64,000 nt of DNA from Octopus sinensis (taxonomy: Eukaryota). Location of the stretch: NCBI RefSeq assembly GCF_006345805.1, contig NC_043006.1, positions 17,174,001 to 17,238,000 of the forward strand, given 5' to 3'. This document shows positions 22,698-35,572 of this stretch, one piece after another. The number at the start of each line of letters is the position of its first letter. Within the stretch, counting starts at the first letter, position 1. The notes under the pieces are model-generated. The model made no database searches and had not been told where the DNA came from. It saw nothing but the letters and a program-made list of their open reading frames with translations. The translations under genes and the position numbers were made by a program.

Positions 22698-22949
22698 TAT
22701 ATTACAGTTATGTTGAAACAGGTGATAGGGGAAAGTGCAGCATTGATGACAAAACATTTGTGCAGTAAATGTTGGACTAATTCAACTAAGCGACGTCATG
22801 CCTCTCTTTGGAGTATTCTAGGCCCTAACCTGTCATAGAAATTGGGGAGGGGGTATGTGAATTTTGAACTCACCAAAAAGCTGTCAGGGGATATAATCTC
22901 CTTTGCGGCAGTCAGCGCTGCATCTAACACGATCCATTGTCTGAAGTTT

Positions 22950-23300
22950 TGACACCTCCTTCGGGTTTGTTGTCCTACTCACGAAGGGAATTTGGAGGAA
23001 CTGTGGTTGTGCATTTGTGAGTAACAGGAAAGCAATAAAGTGATAGACTTGCCCTTGAACTTTGAACATTGGCGTAAATCCATGTGCAACTATCTCCTTA
23101 GATGCACCAAGCGATGTCATTTGAAATGCAGAGTTGTATTGTCTGATATTGTTAAGAAAATCCTTTGACTGGATGGAAATGTCTTCCAGAAGATCTATAA
23201 GAGGTTGAGAAGGAGCTTGTAGTGCTGGCAATCTTAACTTAATGCCTGAACAGCACCTGCCGTTAGTTTCATTTGGAAATTTTGGGAAAGTCTCATCTCC
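22950..23300 (-). pseudogene. Helitron Rep/helicase N-terminal fragment
   Basis: ETNGRCCSG..LPAL, FLNNIRQYNSAFQMTSLG, FKVQGQVYH, PQFLQI match the conserved Helitron region upstream of the Rep motifs. Confidence 0.85.
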
Positions 23301-23475
23301 CTTCTGTATTGAGACTCCATCTGACGTGCTACAGCATGTGTTTGCCGATCTTGAGGAAGTGTCATCTCGCTTTTCTTGATGCCGACTACTTAGCAGTGTG
23401 CTGGGTGCTTTTTACAAGCTACTGGCATGGGTGGAGTTGAATATAATAATAATAATAATAATAATACCAACAACA

Positions 23476-23523
<48 letters not shown>

Positions 23524-23821
23524 TCATCATATCATCATCATCATCGTTTAGCGTCCGTTTTCCATGCTAGCATGGGTTGGACGGTTCTACTGGGGTCTGT
23601 GAAGCCAGAAGGCTTCATCAGGCCCAGTCAAATCTGGCAGTGTTTCTACGGCTGGATGCCCTTCCTAACAACACATATATATAGTTAATCCAAACATGAA
23701 AACACAAAGAGAAAACACAACAACGCGAGGACGTGGAACAAATATAGTATTATTGGACGATATATCTATATATATATAGATATATATAATATTATATATA
23801 TAATATATATATGTATATATA

Positions 23822-23940
23822 CTTTTATTAAAGCTGCAAAATCTTTAAAAAAAGACTGTTACTCAGAGTTTCACATTCCCATTCATTGGGCAGTTTTAAT
23901 GAGTAACAGTTTTGTGAAGATTTTGCAGTTTTAATAAAAA
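23822..23940. repeat. PLE-type palindromic repeat with decayed hammerhead-like motif (23856-23893, - strand)
   Basis: Inverted arms CTTTTATTAAAGCTGCAAAATC and CTGTTACTCA; same family as 12074 and 19084. Confidence 0.6.
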
Positions 23941-24256
23941 CATATTACTCTACCTTAAGTAATCGAGTACTATTTTTTTTCCACCTTGCTTTGCATTTAT
24001 GTGTTTACTTGTGTGAGTGAGTGAGTGTGTGAGTGAGTGAGTGTGTGTGTGTGTGTGTGTGTGTGGTGCGTGTGTAAAGTATAGGTCCAATGTAGGTAGA
24101 ATCAGCAATCAATGTACTACCTCCATATTGAAAGATAAATATCAATTTAAAACATAACTAAAAGAGCTACGAATAGTTTCATATTTTTATGATACTTTAA
24201 CTGGGCATATTTATAAAACACCATGTATCTCCAAGCATATATATATACATACATAC

Positions 24257-24300
<44 letters not shown>

Positions 24301-24671
24301 AACATTTGCCAGTAGATTTTTTTCCCATGTACTCTTGTTTTGTAAAAACACTACACTCCATTATGTTGTCACATTGTGCAATAAAATGTAGAGAAGCTTG
24401 TAACACCTGGAGTGTTTTTGTGTTGCCTATAGATTTCATTTCTTCTGTGTAACAGTGTTATTAGTATATAATATTGATTTTATTTCACACATGTAGTTCA
24501 ACTGAGCTAAATAAATAGCTAAAATGCAATTACAGACACTAATAAATACTTACAAGAACCAAAAAAAAAAAAAAAGAAGATAAATCTAATATAGATCAAT
24601 AACACAAATATATTTTCTGAATAAATGTTATTGTGATGTTTTCTCTTTCCTGTCTTTCATAATTATAACAG

Positions 24672-24708
24672 TTCTGGACCTGTTGATCCCAGGATTTGTA
24701 GGCTGAAG
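24672..24708 (+). CDS. Candidate 37-nt exon (SGPVDPRICRLK)
   Basis: Long pyrimidine tract, aacag acceptor, AAG|gtgtaa donor, one open frame. Confidence 0.25.
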
Positions 24709-24855
24709 GTGTAACTTCCCAATAGGCTTGATTATGAAGTTACAAAATGCTAATAAATTGATACATTATAAGCTGTATAAAGTGTGAACTTGTGCAAACT
24801 TTGTGGTAACTATTAACAGCTGACTTGTAAACTTGTACAAACTTTGTGGTACTTA

Positions 24856-25084
24856 TTAACCCTTTCATTACCAACCCGGCTGAACCCGGCTCTGGCTCTG
24901 TAGTACAAATGTCTTGTTTACATAAGTTTTGAATTGAAATCTTCCACCAAACCCTAGTCACAATTTATGTTTCTAACACTAGCTTAATGATAACTAAGTT
25001 ATTTTACTAAATTCTTTGTTATATTTAAAGTAATCGAAAGAAACACAGAGCATCTCCAAATAAATACGGTAACGAAAGGATTAA
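24856..25084. mobile_element. piggyBac-like MITE (family 1)
   Basis: TTAA-CCCTTTCATTAC...GTAACGAAAGGA-TTAA. Confidence 0.75.
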
Positions 25085-25329
25085 TAATGAGTTCACTTGT
25101 ACAAATTTTGTGATACCTATTAATGGCCATATGTTTTGGATCATTGAGAATTGTTTTGGCAGGAGTGGCTGTGTAGTAAGTAGTTTGCTTATTAACCACA
25201 TGATTCCGGGTTCAGTCCCACTGCGTGGCATCTTGGGCAAGTGTCTTCTACTATAGCCTTGAGCTGACCAAAGCCTTGTGAGTGGATTTGGTAGACAGAA
25301 ACTGAAAGAAGCCCATCGTATATATACGT

Positions 25330-26058
25330 ATCATCATCATCATCATCATCATCATTTAACGTCCGTTCTCCATGCTAGCATGGGTTGGACGGTTCGACCG
25401 GGGATCTGGGAATCCAGAAGGCTGCACCAGGCTCTGGTCTTATCTGGCAATGTTTCTACAGCTGGATGCCCTTCCTAACGCCAACAACTCCGTGAGTGTA
25501 GTGGGTGCTTTTTACGTGCCACCTGCACTGGTGCCAGGCGAGGCTGGCATCAGCCACGGTTGGATTGGTGCATTTTACGTGCCACCTGCACGGAAGCCAG
25601 TCAAGGCGGCACTGGCTTCGGGCACGGTTCGGATGGTGCTTTTTACGTGCCACCGACACGGAAGCCAGTCGAGGCGGCGCTGGCATCGGCCACGGTTGGA
25701 TTGGTGCATTTTACGTGCCACCTGCACGGAAGCCAGTCAAGGCGGCACTGGCTTCGGGCACGGTTCGGATGGTGCTTTTTACGTGCCACCGACACGGAAG
25801 CCAGTCGAGGCGGCGGTGGCATCGGCCACGATTCGGATAGTGCTTTTTACGTATCTTCAGTCCAGGGGTCCTGGCATCTGCCGGGTGCCAGTCATAGGAT
25901 TGGTTCAATTTCGATTCCGATTTCGATTTCACTTGCCCCAACAAGTCTTCGCATGGGGGTTGGCATAGGTGCCTGTCGTCGGATGAGGTTCGATATCGAC
26001 TTCGCTTGCCTCAACAGGTCTTTGTGTGTCCAAGGGAGGAAAGGCATGCATAAGTGGG
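25330..26058 (-). mobile_element. Nearly complete RTE 3' UTR with 68-bp tandem units
   Basis: Matches 3363-4170; 136-bp (2x68) unit duplicated at 25561 and 25697. Confidence 0.85.
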
Positions 26059-26694
26059 CATAGAAGTTGATGTAATTGGCTTACTCCTACTCCGAAATTG
26101 CTGGCCTTGTGCCAAAATTTGAAACCAATATTTTAGACAAATACGAACAGTTTTTTTGGAGGATGGAACCTAGTGCAACACCAGATGATTTGTTCTTGAA
26201 ATGACTAAAAACATGTAATGATTTGGCAAAAAAGTGTGTAATAAAGGAATAAGTTTTCCTATTTAGAATACAACCTTTCAAGTAGGTTCTTATACTGTAG
26301 TTTCCTGATTCTACATGTAGCTCTCAGACAATTCTAGATCTGGCTCACAGACATTTCTACATTTGGCCAACAGACAATTTGTGTAACGATTTCATCTTAC
26401 TAACCACACATCATTCAGCTGCTTTGCTTTAGAGTGACATATTGATCTAATTTTTGTCAATTTTTTTCCCTGCAGAACTTTATAATTCAATAAGCAATGC
26501 AATGCAATGCAACATGAATGAAGCAACCAATGATTTAACCCATTTAGTACTGACCTACCTGAGATTGGTCATAGTTCTATAATACCAACTTCTTGTTTCA
26601 TAGCAACCTAAATTAAAACCCTCCATCAAAATATGTTAAATTCAGTTCCAGACAGCAGTTTAATAATGGTATAGATGCTTTAACAAATTCTTCA

Positions 26695-27180
26695 TCATCA
26701 TCATCATCATCGTTTAACGTCCACTTTCCCTGCTAGCATGGGTTGGACGATTTGACTGAGATCTGGCGAACGAGATGGCTGCACCAGACTCCAATCTGAT
26801 CTGGCAGAGTTTCTACAGCTGGATGCCCTTCCTAACACTAACCACTCTGAGAATGTAGTGGGGGCTTTTACGTGCTACTGGCACGAGGGCCAGTTAGGTA
26901 GTACTGGCAATGACTACGCTCAAATGGTGCTTTTTATGTGCCACCTGCACAGGAGCCAGTCCAGCGGAACTGGCAACAACCTCGCTCGAATGTTTTTTTT
27001 CATGTGCCACCAGCACAGGAGCCAGTCCAGCGGCACTGGCAACGACCTCGCTCAAATGTATTTTTCATGTGCCACCAGCACAAGTGCTAGTAAAGCGACG
27101 CAGGTAATGATCACGCTCGAATGGTGTTTTTAACGTGCCATCGGCACAAAGGCCGGCTTGTTGCTCTGGCGATGATCTCT
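26695..27180 (-). mobile_element. RTE 3'-end, second subfamily with ~65-bp tandem units
   Basis: TTTGACTGAG...ACCAGACTCCAATCTG variant; also at 34915-35360. Confidence 0.75.
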
Positions 27181-27651
27181 CACTTCGTTATTTTCAAAAT
27201 TAAATGAAACTAAAGTACTGTATTTTGTCAGAAATCATCATCATCATTTAACGTCCGCTTTCCATGCTAGCATGGGTTGGACGGTTCAACTGGGGTCTGG
27301 GAAGCCAGGAGGCTGCACCAGGCTCCAGTCTGATCTGGCAGTGTTTTTACAGCTGGGTGCTTTTTACGTGCCATCGGCACGGAGGCCAGTCGGGGCGGCA
27401 CTGGCAATGGCCCCATTCGGATGGTTCTCTTACGTGCCACCGGCACTGGTATCACAACTACAATTTCCATTGATTATGAAAAGGTTAACATACACCAAAC
27501 TGATTTTGTTTTAGTGTCTAATATTTAAAGGAACGAAGTAAAGGAGTCAGACTATATTGCATTTATACTGAATGAAGCTGGTGATAAAATTAGCATCCAT
27601 AAAGGTATCGCATAGAAAGATCTTAAGTAAATGCTGTTTGTGTTTTTGCAG

Positions 27652-27669
27652 TCTTAGTCAGCAGTGAGG
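27652..27669 (+). CDS. Candidate 18-nt symmetric microexon (xLVSSE)
   Basis: tgtttttgcag acceptor, GG|gtaaga donor; only phase 1 is stop-free. Confidence 0.25.
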
Positions 27670-28458
27670 GTAAGATTAAAAAATAAGACAAAAACAAAAA
27701 AAAGACATGGTGATAATGTTGAAGTCACTATCAAGCTTGTTAATCTCCCACCACGTTCGCGATTAGAGTATAAATAGAATATGTTTATAATGTCAAACAG
27801 AAGCTGGTTGTGTGTGTACGTGAATGTATATAATGTATATAGCGTATGTATTTGAAGAGAAATGAAGAAAAGCGAATAAGGGAAATGAAAACCAAAATAA
27901 AAGCAAAAACAAACCAACATCTCCATCAGTGAATACCAGTGCTAAGTAGGAGGACGATAACATAGCATTTGATAACAACAACACATTAGGAAACAACACC
28001 TGAATAGTAATTGAATATATATATTTAGTGTCGCATAACTAATAAGTTATATTCAGTTTGAAATGTCAAATTCATTGCTGAACCACTTTACAGAAGCTGA
28101 GAGAACAAGAGAAGGAAGTTGCATCTATTATAAAGAACAAGTGGCCCATCACTCCCTCCTGCTCTCTTACTCTCTCTCTCTCCTCTCTCTCTCCTCTTTC
28201 CTTCTCTCTTCTCCTTCTTTCTATGGATTTTATCAGAATGAACTGGGAACAATTTGAAACAAACAGTACATTTAGACACAGCAACGTCTGTGGCTGTTTA
28301 TAAAGTTTGCTTCTCAACCATGTGACTTCTGGTTCAATTCCATTTTGTGGTACCTTTGGCAAGTGTCTTATACTATAGCCCTGGGCTGACCAAAGCCTCA
28401 TGAATGGATTTGATAGATGAAGAATTAAAAGGAGCCCATTCCGTATATATTTGTGCAT

Positions 28459-28675
28459 TTACTCTTTACTTGTTTCAGTCATTTTGACTGTGGCCATGCT
28501 GGAGCACCGCCTTTAGTCGAGCAACACTCGACCCCGGGACTTATTCTTTTGTAAGCCCAGTACTTATTCTATCGGTCTCTTTTGCTGAACCGCTAAGTGA
28601 CGGGGACATAAACACACCAGCATCGCTTGTCAAGCAATGCTAGGGGGACAAACACAGACGCACAAACACACACGT

Positions 28676-28707
<32 letters not shown>

Positions 28708-28870
28708 GACGGACTTCTTTCAGTTTCCGTCTACCAAATCCACTCACAAGGCATTGGTCAGCCAAAGGCTATAGCAGAAGACACTTGCCCAAGGTGCCAC
28801 GCAGTGGGACTGAACCCGGAACCATGTGGTTGGTAAGCAAGCTACTTACCACACAGCCACTCCTGCGCCT
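28459..28870 (-). mobile_element. SINE family A
   Basis: Family consensus match. Confidence 0.85.
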
Positions 28871-29922
28871 ATTTGTATGTGTGTGCTTACATGCATATGT
28901 ATGCATGTGTATGTTTTGGTCTTGACATAGTTTGGTGGTTGTAAAAGAGTGACATTCATTTCCAGTCTTTCATGAAGAACATATCAGGCCATGGAGAAAT
29001 ATTACTTTGTCTGGAAACAGGTGAGGGTTGGTGACAGGAAGGACATCCGGCTTAGGAAATTGTCTCAGTGAATTTCTCCCGATCAATGAAAGCACGGAAA
29101 AATGGATGTTAGAATGAGATAAACACAATGCACAAAAACCAGCTGTAATAAATTAGCCAACAACTAATAATTAATGATGTTGAATATCATGCTAAGGAGC
29201 TATAGAAATAGATTCACTTCTTGTTAGAACTGAAGATTTAACTCAAATTTATTCCATTCTAAATTACTAGCTTCTTTTTTTTCCACCATGACTATTGTTG
29301 GTGTTCCCCTACCATCATCATAAAAAAACCCCAAAAACCAAAAAAAAAAAACCCCAAAAAAACCCCAAAAAACACCCAGTACAGTTCATAAACTGGTTGG
29401 CATTTGGAAAAGCATTCAGCTAAACTGGTGGTTCCCTAGAGGGCAGTGGGAAGATAGAGGGGTCATTGAAGAAAAGAGGGTGACAATGAGGTAGCCAAAA
29501 GGGGGCAATAGATGTAAAACAAAAACCCTATAATAATGGGTTAATTAGTTTTATTTGCAAAATACAACTGTTTTGAATTTCTTGCAGAAAGTCTATGTTT
29601 GTGATGTTGGGGAGGGGGCTCTAGGAATGTGGCCTGGATGCCAAGAGATGAGAAGGTGGGGTCAATCTGAAAAGTTTAGGAACCACAGGATGCTGTCTTC
29701 TGGCTCATCAGACCATGTCAAACTGTTCACCTCATGCAATTGTGGAAGTCAGATGTTCAATGAGAATGGTGACGATGACAATGATGATGAAGATAGTGAG
29801 GTTTTGGTCAGCCCAGGGCTATAGTATAAGACACTTGCCAAAGGTACCACAAAATGTTGATGATGATGGTGATGGCGATCATAGTAATAGCAATATCCCA
29901 GATATGTCTCCATGTGTGTAGA

Positions 29923-30358
29923 TTAACCCTTTAGTATTTAAACTGACCATATCTGGCTTAAGTATTTTACCGGTTTTATGTTGAAACTGGACAGATTTGG
30001 CTTCTTACACCAACCTTACAATGTCATTCTAAAAGTAAGCAATCATATTGAAATCTCAAAGCTACAAGATAATGCATGATTAATTCAAAACAATGTGAAT
30101 GCAGCACGAAGTTTTGTCAGTGAACGGGTCGCAGTCTCAAAGCGACGAAAATATTTTGACAAATTAAATTTAAATGTTGAAGTGAATCTAACGGTTTTTG
30201 TGTGTTTTTTAAATGGCTTATAAACACCTTCCACGCTGCAATTGTTTTTGCTCCAGCACACAATCTCAGATCAAGTCACTTGCTATGCAAGTACATCTCC
30301 GTAATGCGAATAAATAAGCAATATATTCGACAAAGTAATCTGAATGCTAAAGGGTTGA
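29923..30358. mobile_element. piggyBac-like MITE (family 2) with a 202-bp insert at 30101-30302
   Basis: TTAACCCTTTAG...CTAAAGGGTT termini; insert flanked by AATG(T/C)GAAT duplication. Confidence 0.7.
30113..30163 (+). ncRNA. Hammerhead-like motif with G3:C8 swapped core
   Basis: TTTGTCA-GTGAACG-G-GTCGC-AGTCTCAAA-GCGAC-GAA-AATATT-T-TGACAAA: 7-bp helix I, 5-bp helix II, palindromic helix III; position 9 is G rather than A. Confidence 0.45.
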
Positions 30359-30810
30359 TACCAACTAGGCTGAGAATGCTCATGCATTTAAATCTCATTC
30401 AAGACCACATAACATGAATGGTATTGAGAAATACCAATTGGTCAGTATCACAGCAAAAACAATAACGCTTCCAGCAGCTGATAGAATTTGCTGAGACGGA
30501 AGCACTTCCGTCAGAAGTACTTCCTGTTGGTTGCCCGCCCACCTGTGTTTCCAAGTAAGGTAATATTTCTCTGTCACCAGACATAGAATGAATATATATA
30601 TATATATTTGTATGAATGTGTGGGTGTATACATATACAAATATCTATATACAAACACATGCATATATAAATACACACACACACACACATGTCATTTTGAT
30701 AAATAAGTCGACATTTTAATATCCTAAAGCTGATGAACCAACTAATGTGCTTCTTCATTTTCTTATTTGTTATATATATATATATATATGGTGGTGATGG
30801 TGATGGTGAC

Positions 30811-31140
30811 CCCCTTCGGTCAGACACTGACCATGGGTTTGCACCTAGAGAGTTACCCTCTGAGGCACAAGTCTGGGCAAGGTTGTTTTATGGAAGACCA
30901 GCAGTCGCTCATGCATACCGGCCTCCCCTCTCCACGTCACCGATGTTGTCCAAGGGAAAGGCAAGGGCCGATACAGCTTGGCACCTGTGACGTCGCAACT
31001 CATTTCTACAGCTGAGTGAACTGGAGCAACGTGAAATAAAGTGTCTTGCTCAAGAACACAACACGCACCCCGGTCCGGGATTCGAGCTCACAACCTCACG
31101 ATCGTAAGCTCGACGCTCTAACCACTGAGCCACGTGCCTT
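30811..31140 (-). mobile_element. SINE family D, well preserved
   Basis: tRNA-like head with A and B boxes on the - strand; CpGs retained. Confidence 0.8.
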
Positions 31141-31274
31141 CATATATATATATATATATATATTCTTTTATTCTTTTACTTGTTTCAGTCAGTTGACTGC
31201 AACCATGCTGGAGCACCACCATGAAGGGTTTTAGTCAAACAAATTGACCCCTGGACTTCATTTTTTTAGGATTG

Positions 31275-31670
31275 ACATTCCGTGCTTGAAGAGACCTATT
31301 GAGTCAAGCAACTCACAATCAAATGGAAATTGTAGTTGTGGGCATTACCATTGCTGATGGCACGTGATAAGCACCATTCATTCATGCGTGGGTTGCTGCC
31401 AGACCCTCCAGACTGGCTCCTGTGCCGGTAGCACGTAAAGAGCACCATCCGAACATGGCTGATGCCAATGCTGCCTGACTAGCTCCCATGCCGGTGGCAT
31501 GTAAAAGGCACACACTATGCTCTAAGTGGTTGGCATTAGGAAGGGCATCCAGCTGTAGAAACATTGCCAGATCACATTGAAGCCTGGTGCAGCCTCCTGG
31601 CTCGCCAGTCTCCAGTCAAACTGTCCAACCCATGCCAGCATGGAAAACGGATGTTAAATGATGATGATGA
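31275..31670 (+). mobile_element. RTE 3'-end fragment
   Basis: Tail unit ending GATGATGATG. Confidence 0.75.
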
Positions 31671-32020
31671 TATATGTATACACACAACAGACTTCTTTCA
31701 GTTTCCATCTACCAAATCCACTCACAAGGCTTTGGCTGGCTTGAGGCTTTAGTAGAAGACACTTGCTTGAAGGCGCCATGCAGTGGAATTGAACCTGGTA
31801 CCATGTGGTTGGGAAGCAAGCTTATTACCACACAGCCACATCTGTGCCTGCCTATATCATTTGTTTATTCACCATACATTTTTCATTTATTATATATATA
31901 TGTGTATATATGTATGTATGTGTATATTTATATATGTATATATGTATGTATGTGTATATTTATATATGTATATATATATGTGTGTGTGTATATATATATA
32001 TGTATGCATATGTAAAAATA

Positions 32021-32108
<88 letters not shown>

Positions 32109-32416
32109 ATATATTAGGTTATGTTTTGTATTATCTGAAATAGAATGCCCGCATATCAATTAATACCCAAAATTGAATTAATATCGACTTTTATCAGATA
32201 CTTGTATATTTATAGATAAATATATAAATTGCGATAAGTAATACCCAAAGGTACGATGTGTAGATGCATATAATGCTGAAGAGTTGTACCTGATTCATTT
32301 GGAAATTTGTTTTCCCAAATTATTTATATTAATCATACAAATGGTTCTACCACTCGGACTTCTTATATATGTCAGACATGGGTCTTTCTGGTAGGATTGA
32401 GATGATAGAGTGGAAC

Positions 32417-33055
32417 TCATCTTTGAAGGATATTCCTATTCCCAGCAGGAAAGAATATATACAGGACTTTATTAGCCAGCTTAACCCTTTCGCTACTGTA
32501 TTTCTGTTGAGATGCTCTGTGTTTCGTTCAATTACTCTAAATATAATGAAGAATTTAGTAAAATAACTTGGTTATCATTCAGCTAGTGTTAGGAGCATAA
32601 ATTGCAACTAAGGTTTGGTGGAAGATTTTAATTCAAAACTTATGAAAACAAGACATTTGTACTCAAAGCCAGAGCCGTTTTCAGCCAGGTTGGTAACGAA
32701 AGGGTTAAAAACTTTATAAATAGAATGAAATGGAAGGCTTACTACTACAATACCAACAATCCTAATAAGAATAATACTAACATGGAAGATATAGACTATA
32801 TAAAGAGAAACTTCAAATCTAGGCAGGAACCTCCCAATAATAGAATTATACGGGACTTTGGGGAGAAAATATGGAATATGGTGAAAAATATCAAATTTAA
32901 AAAATACCCTAACAGACACAACAAGCACCTCAGCAACTTAGCTAGAAAAATAGAAATATTAAAGACCCAGGATGGAGTTTTAATGCAATCTGATAAGACC
33001 AGGAATTTATATAGACTGGATACACCACTTTATGATAAACTACTAGAAAAGCTGG
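32417..33055 (+). pseudogene. Penelope-like element ORF N-terminal region, interrupted by a MITE
   Basis: SLKDIPIPSRKEY...KNFINRMKWKA...FKS..EPP...DKTRNLYRL...YDKLL, typical of the PLE RT N-terminus. Confidence 0.75.
32481..32708. mobile_element. piggyBac-like MITE (family 1, reverse) inserted at TTAA
   Basis: TTAA TSD on both sides; reverse complement of 10017-10244. Confidence 0.85.
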
Positions 33056-33171
33056 AGGTGTAGTATATGATTGCTCAGTGTGCCATGCATTGGGATTGAA
33101 CCTGAAACCACATAGGGAGCAAAGGTCTTAACCACACAGCCATGCCTGCCTCCCTTGATTATTTTTTACAA

Positions 33172-33400
33172 TTAACCCTTTGACATTTAAACCGGCCATA
33201 TCCGGCCAAAAGTATTCTGCCTGTTTTATGTTCAAACTGGCCTGATGTGGTCTCTCAGACCAACCCTACAATATCATCTTATAAATTAATAGCTACCTCA
33301 TCAAAATCTCATAGCTACAAGATAATGCCTGATTAGTTCAAGGCAATGTAGATGAAAGAGGATTAATTTTGGCAGAATAATGTGAACACTAAAGGGTTAA
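33172..33400. mobile_element. piggyBac-like MITE (family 2)
   Basis: TTAACCCTTT...AAAGGGTTAA. Confidence 0.8.
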
Positions 33401-33547
33401 TGTGATTCAGAGTATTCTGAGAGAAATCTAGTCATGTGAGGAGTAAACCTATACCTTACAAAGTTGCAGTTTTGTATATCATTTAAGTGAAGATACATGA
33501 CATAGAGGGTTTGGCATTAAACTTGGAGTCATCAGTTCTATTTTCAG

Positions 33548-33598
33548 AGTGGGTGGTTAGTTGTGGCCCTGAGAAAGGCGCTTAATTTTCAACTGAAA
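33548..33598 (+). CDS. Candidate 51-nt exon (SGWLVVALRKALNFQLK)
   Basis: ttctattttcag acceptor, AAA|gtgagt donor, phase 0-0, only frame 0 open. Confidence 0.35.
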
Positions 33599-34914
33599 GT
33601 GAGTACCGGCAAAAGCCTGAGGTGATAGTAGATTCCCCACTCATGTTTTAGGGGTTGGTGTGTCTTGTATTCTCAGTTACTGGCACTTAAAATTAGGACA
33701 TGTTCTGGCCTAATGGGCCTGTGAATTCGAGAGAGATTTTAACTCATCTAAAAACAAGCAAAAGCAATTTAGGTTATAACAGTTAATAAATGTCCTTTGT
33801 GACTTATTTATTTAGAAATATTAATAATCTATATTATGAATCCTACAACAAAAACATTATTATTTGTAGGGCAGAGTAATAAAGTCCATCTCATAACACG
33901 CTGTAATCCAATCAGTGTAGCTAACTAACATAATGACCAATTATGGTGCCATAGAGTTGTTGAATTTGTAGTTTACACTCTGTGAACCCATGTAAGTTTT
34001 AGTGAGTCATTATCATCATCATCGTTTACCGTCCGTTTTCTGTGCTTGCACGGGTTGGACGGTTCAACTGGGGTCTGGGAAGCCAGGAGGCTGCACCAGG
34101 CTCCAGTCTGATCTGGCAGTGTTTCTACAGCCTGATGCCCTTCCTAACGCCAACCACTCCGTGAGTGTAGTGGGTGCTTTTTACGTGCCACTGGCACAGG
34201 TGCCGGGGGGTGATGGGCTGGCAGCGGCCACGATCGGTTGGTGCCATCATCAACATTTAATTTCAACCTCTTACATAACTACCAGCCTTAGGCTGCCCTT
34301 CGTTATAGTTACAAACTTACTGTTTTAAAGTGAATCTAAACTAAAGCCTATTAAAATTTCATGTTATTTTATGTTCCAAACATCAGTTTAATAACAAAAA
34401 AGTTATTTTACTAAATTCTAAATTATTTCTGAAATTAATTGAAATAAAGGGCAGTGTATTTCAGAAAACCTATCAAAATTCCATGTTAATTTATGCTCTG
34501 CATAGGAGCTTAATAATTCTTTCTACTATAGGAACAAGGCCTGAAATTTTAGGGATGATGCTAGTTGATTAAATCGACCCCAGTGATTAATTGGTACTAA
34601 TTCTTTTGACTCTGAAAGGATAAAAGCAAAGTCGACCCCAGCTGAATTTGAACTCAGAATGTAACTGCAGCTTAATAATGACAGTCATTTTAGTATATTC
34701 TTCATTATTTTCATAATTAATTGAAAGAAAGGCAGAATATTTCAATAGAGATATAGTATCAAAATTTGCTTATCCTAGAAAAATAACTATCAAATTAATT
34801 ACAATAACTGATTTTCTGCTTCTTGTTTGTTAATTCTTTAACATTCAAACTGGCCATATCCAGCATGAGTGTTCAATCTAGCCAAATCCATCCTCTCACA
34901 CCTACCCTACATCA

Positions 34915-35360
34915 TCATCATCGTTTAACATCTGCTTTCCATGCTAGCATGGGTTGGACAATTTGACTGAGGTCTGGTGAACCAGATGGCTGCACCAGAC
35001 TCCAATCTGATCTGGCAGAGTTTCTACAGCTGGATGCCCTTCCTAACGCCAACCACTCCGAGAGTGTAGTGGGTGCTTTTACGTGCCACCGGCACGAGGG
35101 CCAGTCAGGCAGTGCCAGTAACAGCCACGCTCAAATGATGCTTTTTATGTCCCACCTGCACAGGAGCCAGTCCAGTGGCACTGCCAACGACCTCACTCGA
35201 ATGTTTTTTCACGTGCCACCAGCACAAGTGCTAGTAAGGTGACGCAGGTAATGATCACACTCGAATGGTGCTTTTTATGTGCCACCGGCACGGAGGCCAG
35301 TTTGTTGCTCTGGCAACGATCACGCTCGTATGGTACTCTTAGAGCTCCACTAGCATGGTG
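34915..35360 (-). mobile_element. RTE 3'-end, second subfamily
   Basis: Matches 26695-27180. Confidence 0.75.
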
Positions 35361-35572
35361 AATAAATGTGAATCAACAAGCATTACATTTGACAGAGTAA
35401 TCTGAACATTAAGGGGTTAAATCACTGACTGAAGGTTAAATTGTGAAGTAGGTTACTTTGTGCATTCATTCAGTTCAGAATTAACAACAAAGGTCAAGTA
35501 CATGGAACTGTGAAACAATGCAATTTCATTAAAGATTAATCCGGATTTTAAGAAAATTTAGAAATTTTCGTA

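Noticed and set aside
29555-29824. 89-aa ORF with an apparent acceptor site
   Set aside because: Overlaps what looks like a decayed hAT-like MITE end, a GAT microsatellite and a SINE fragment
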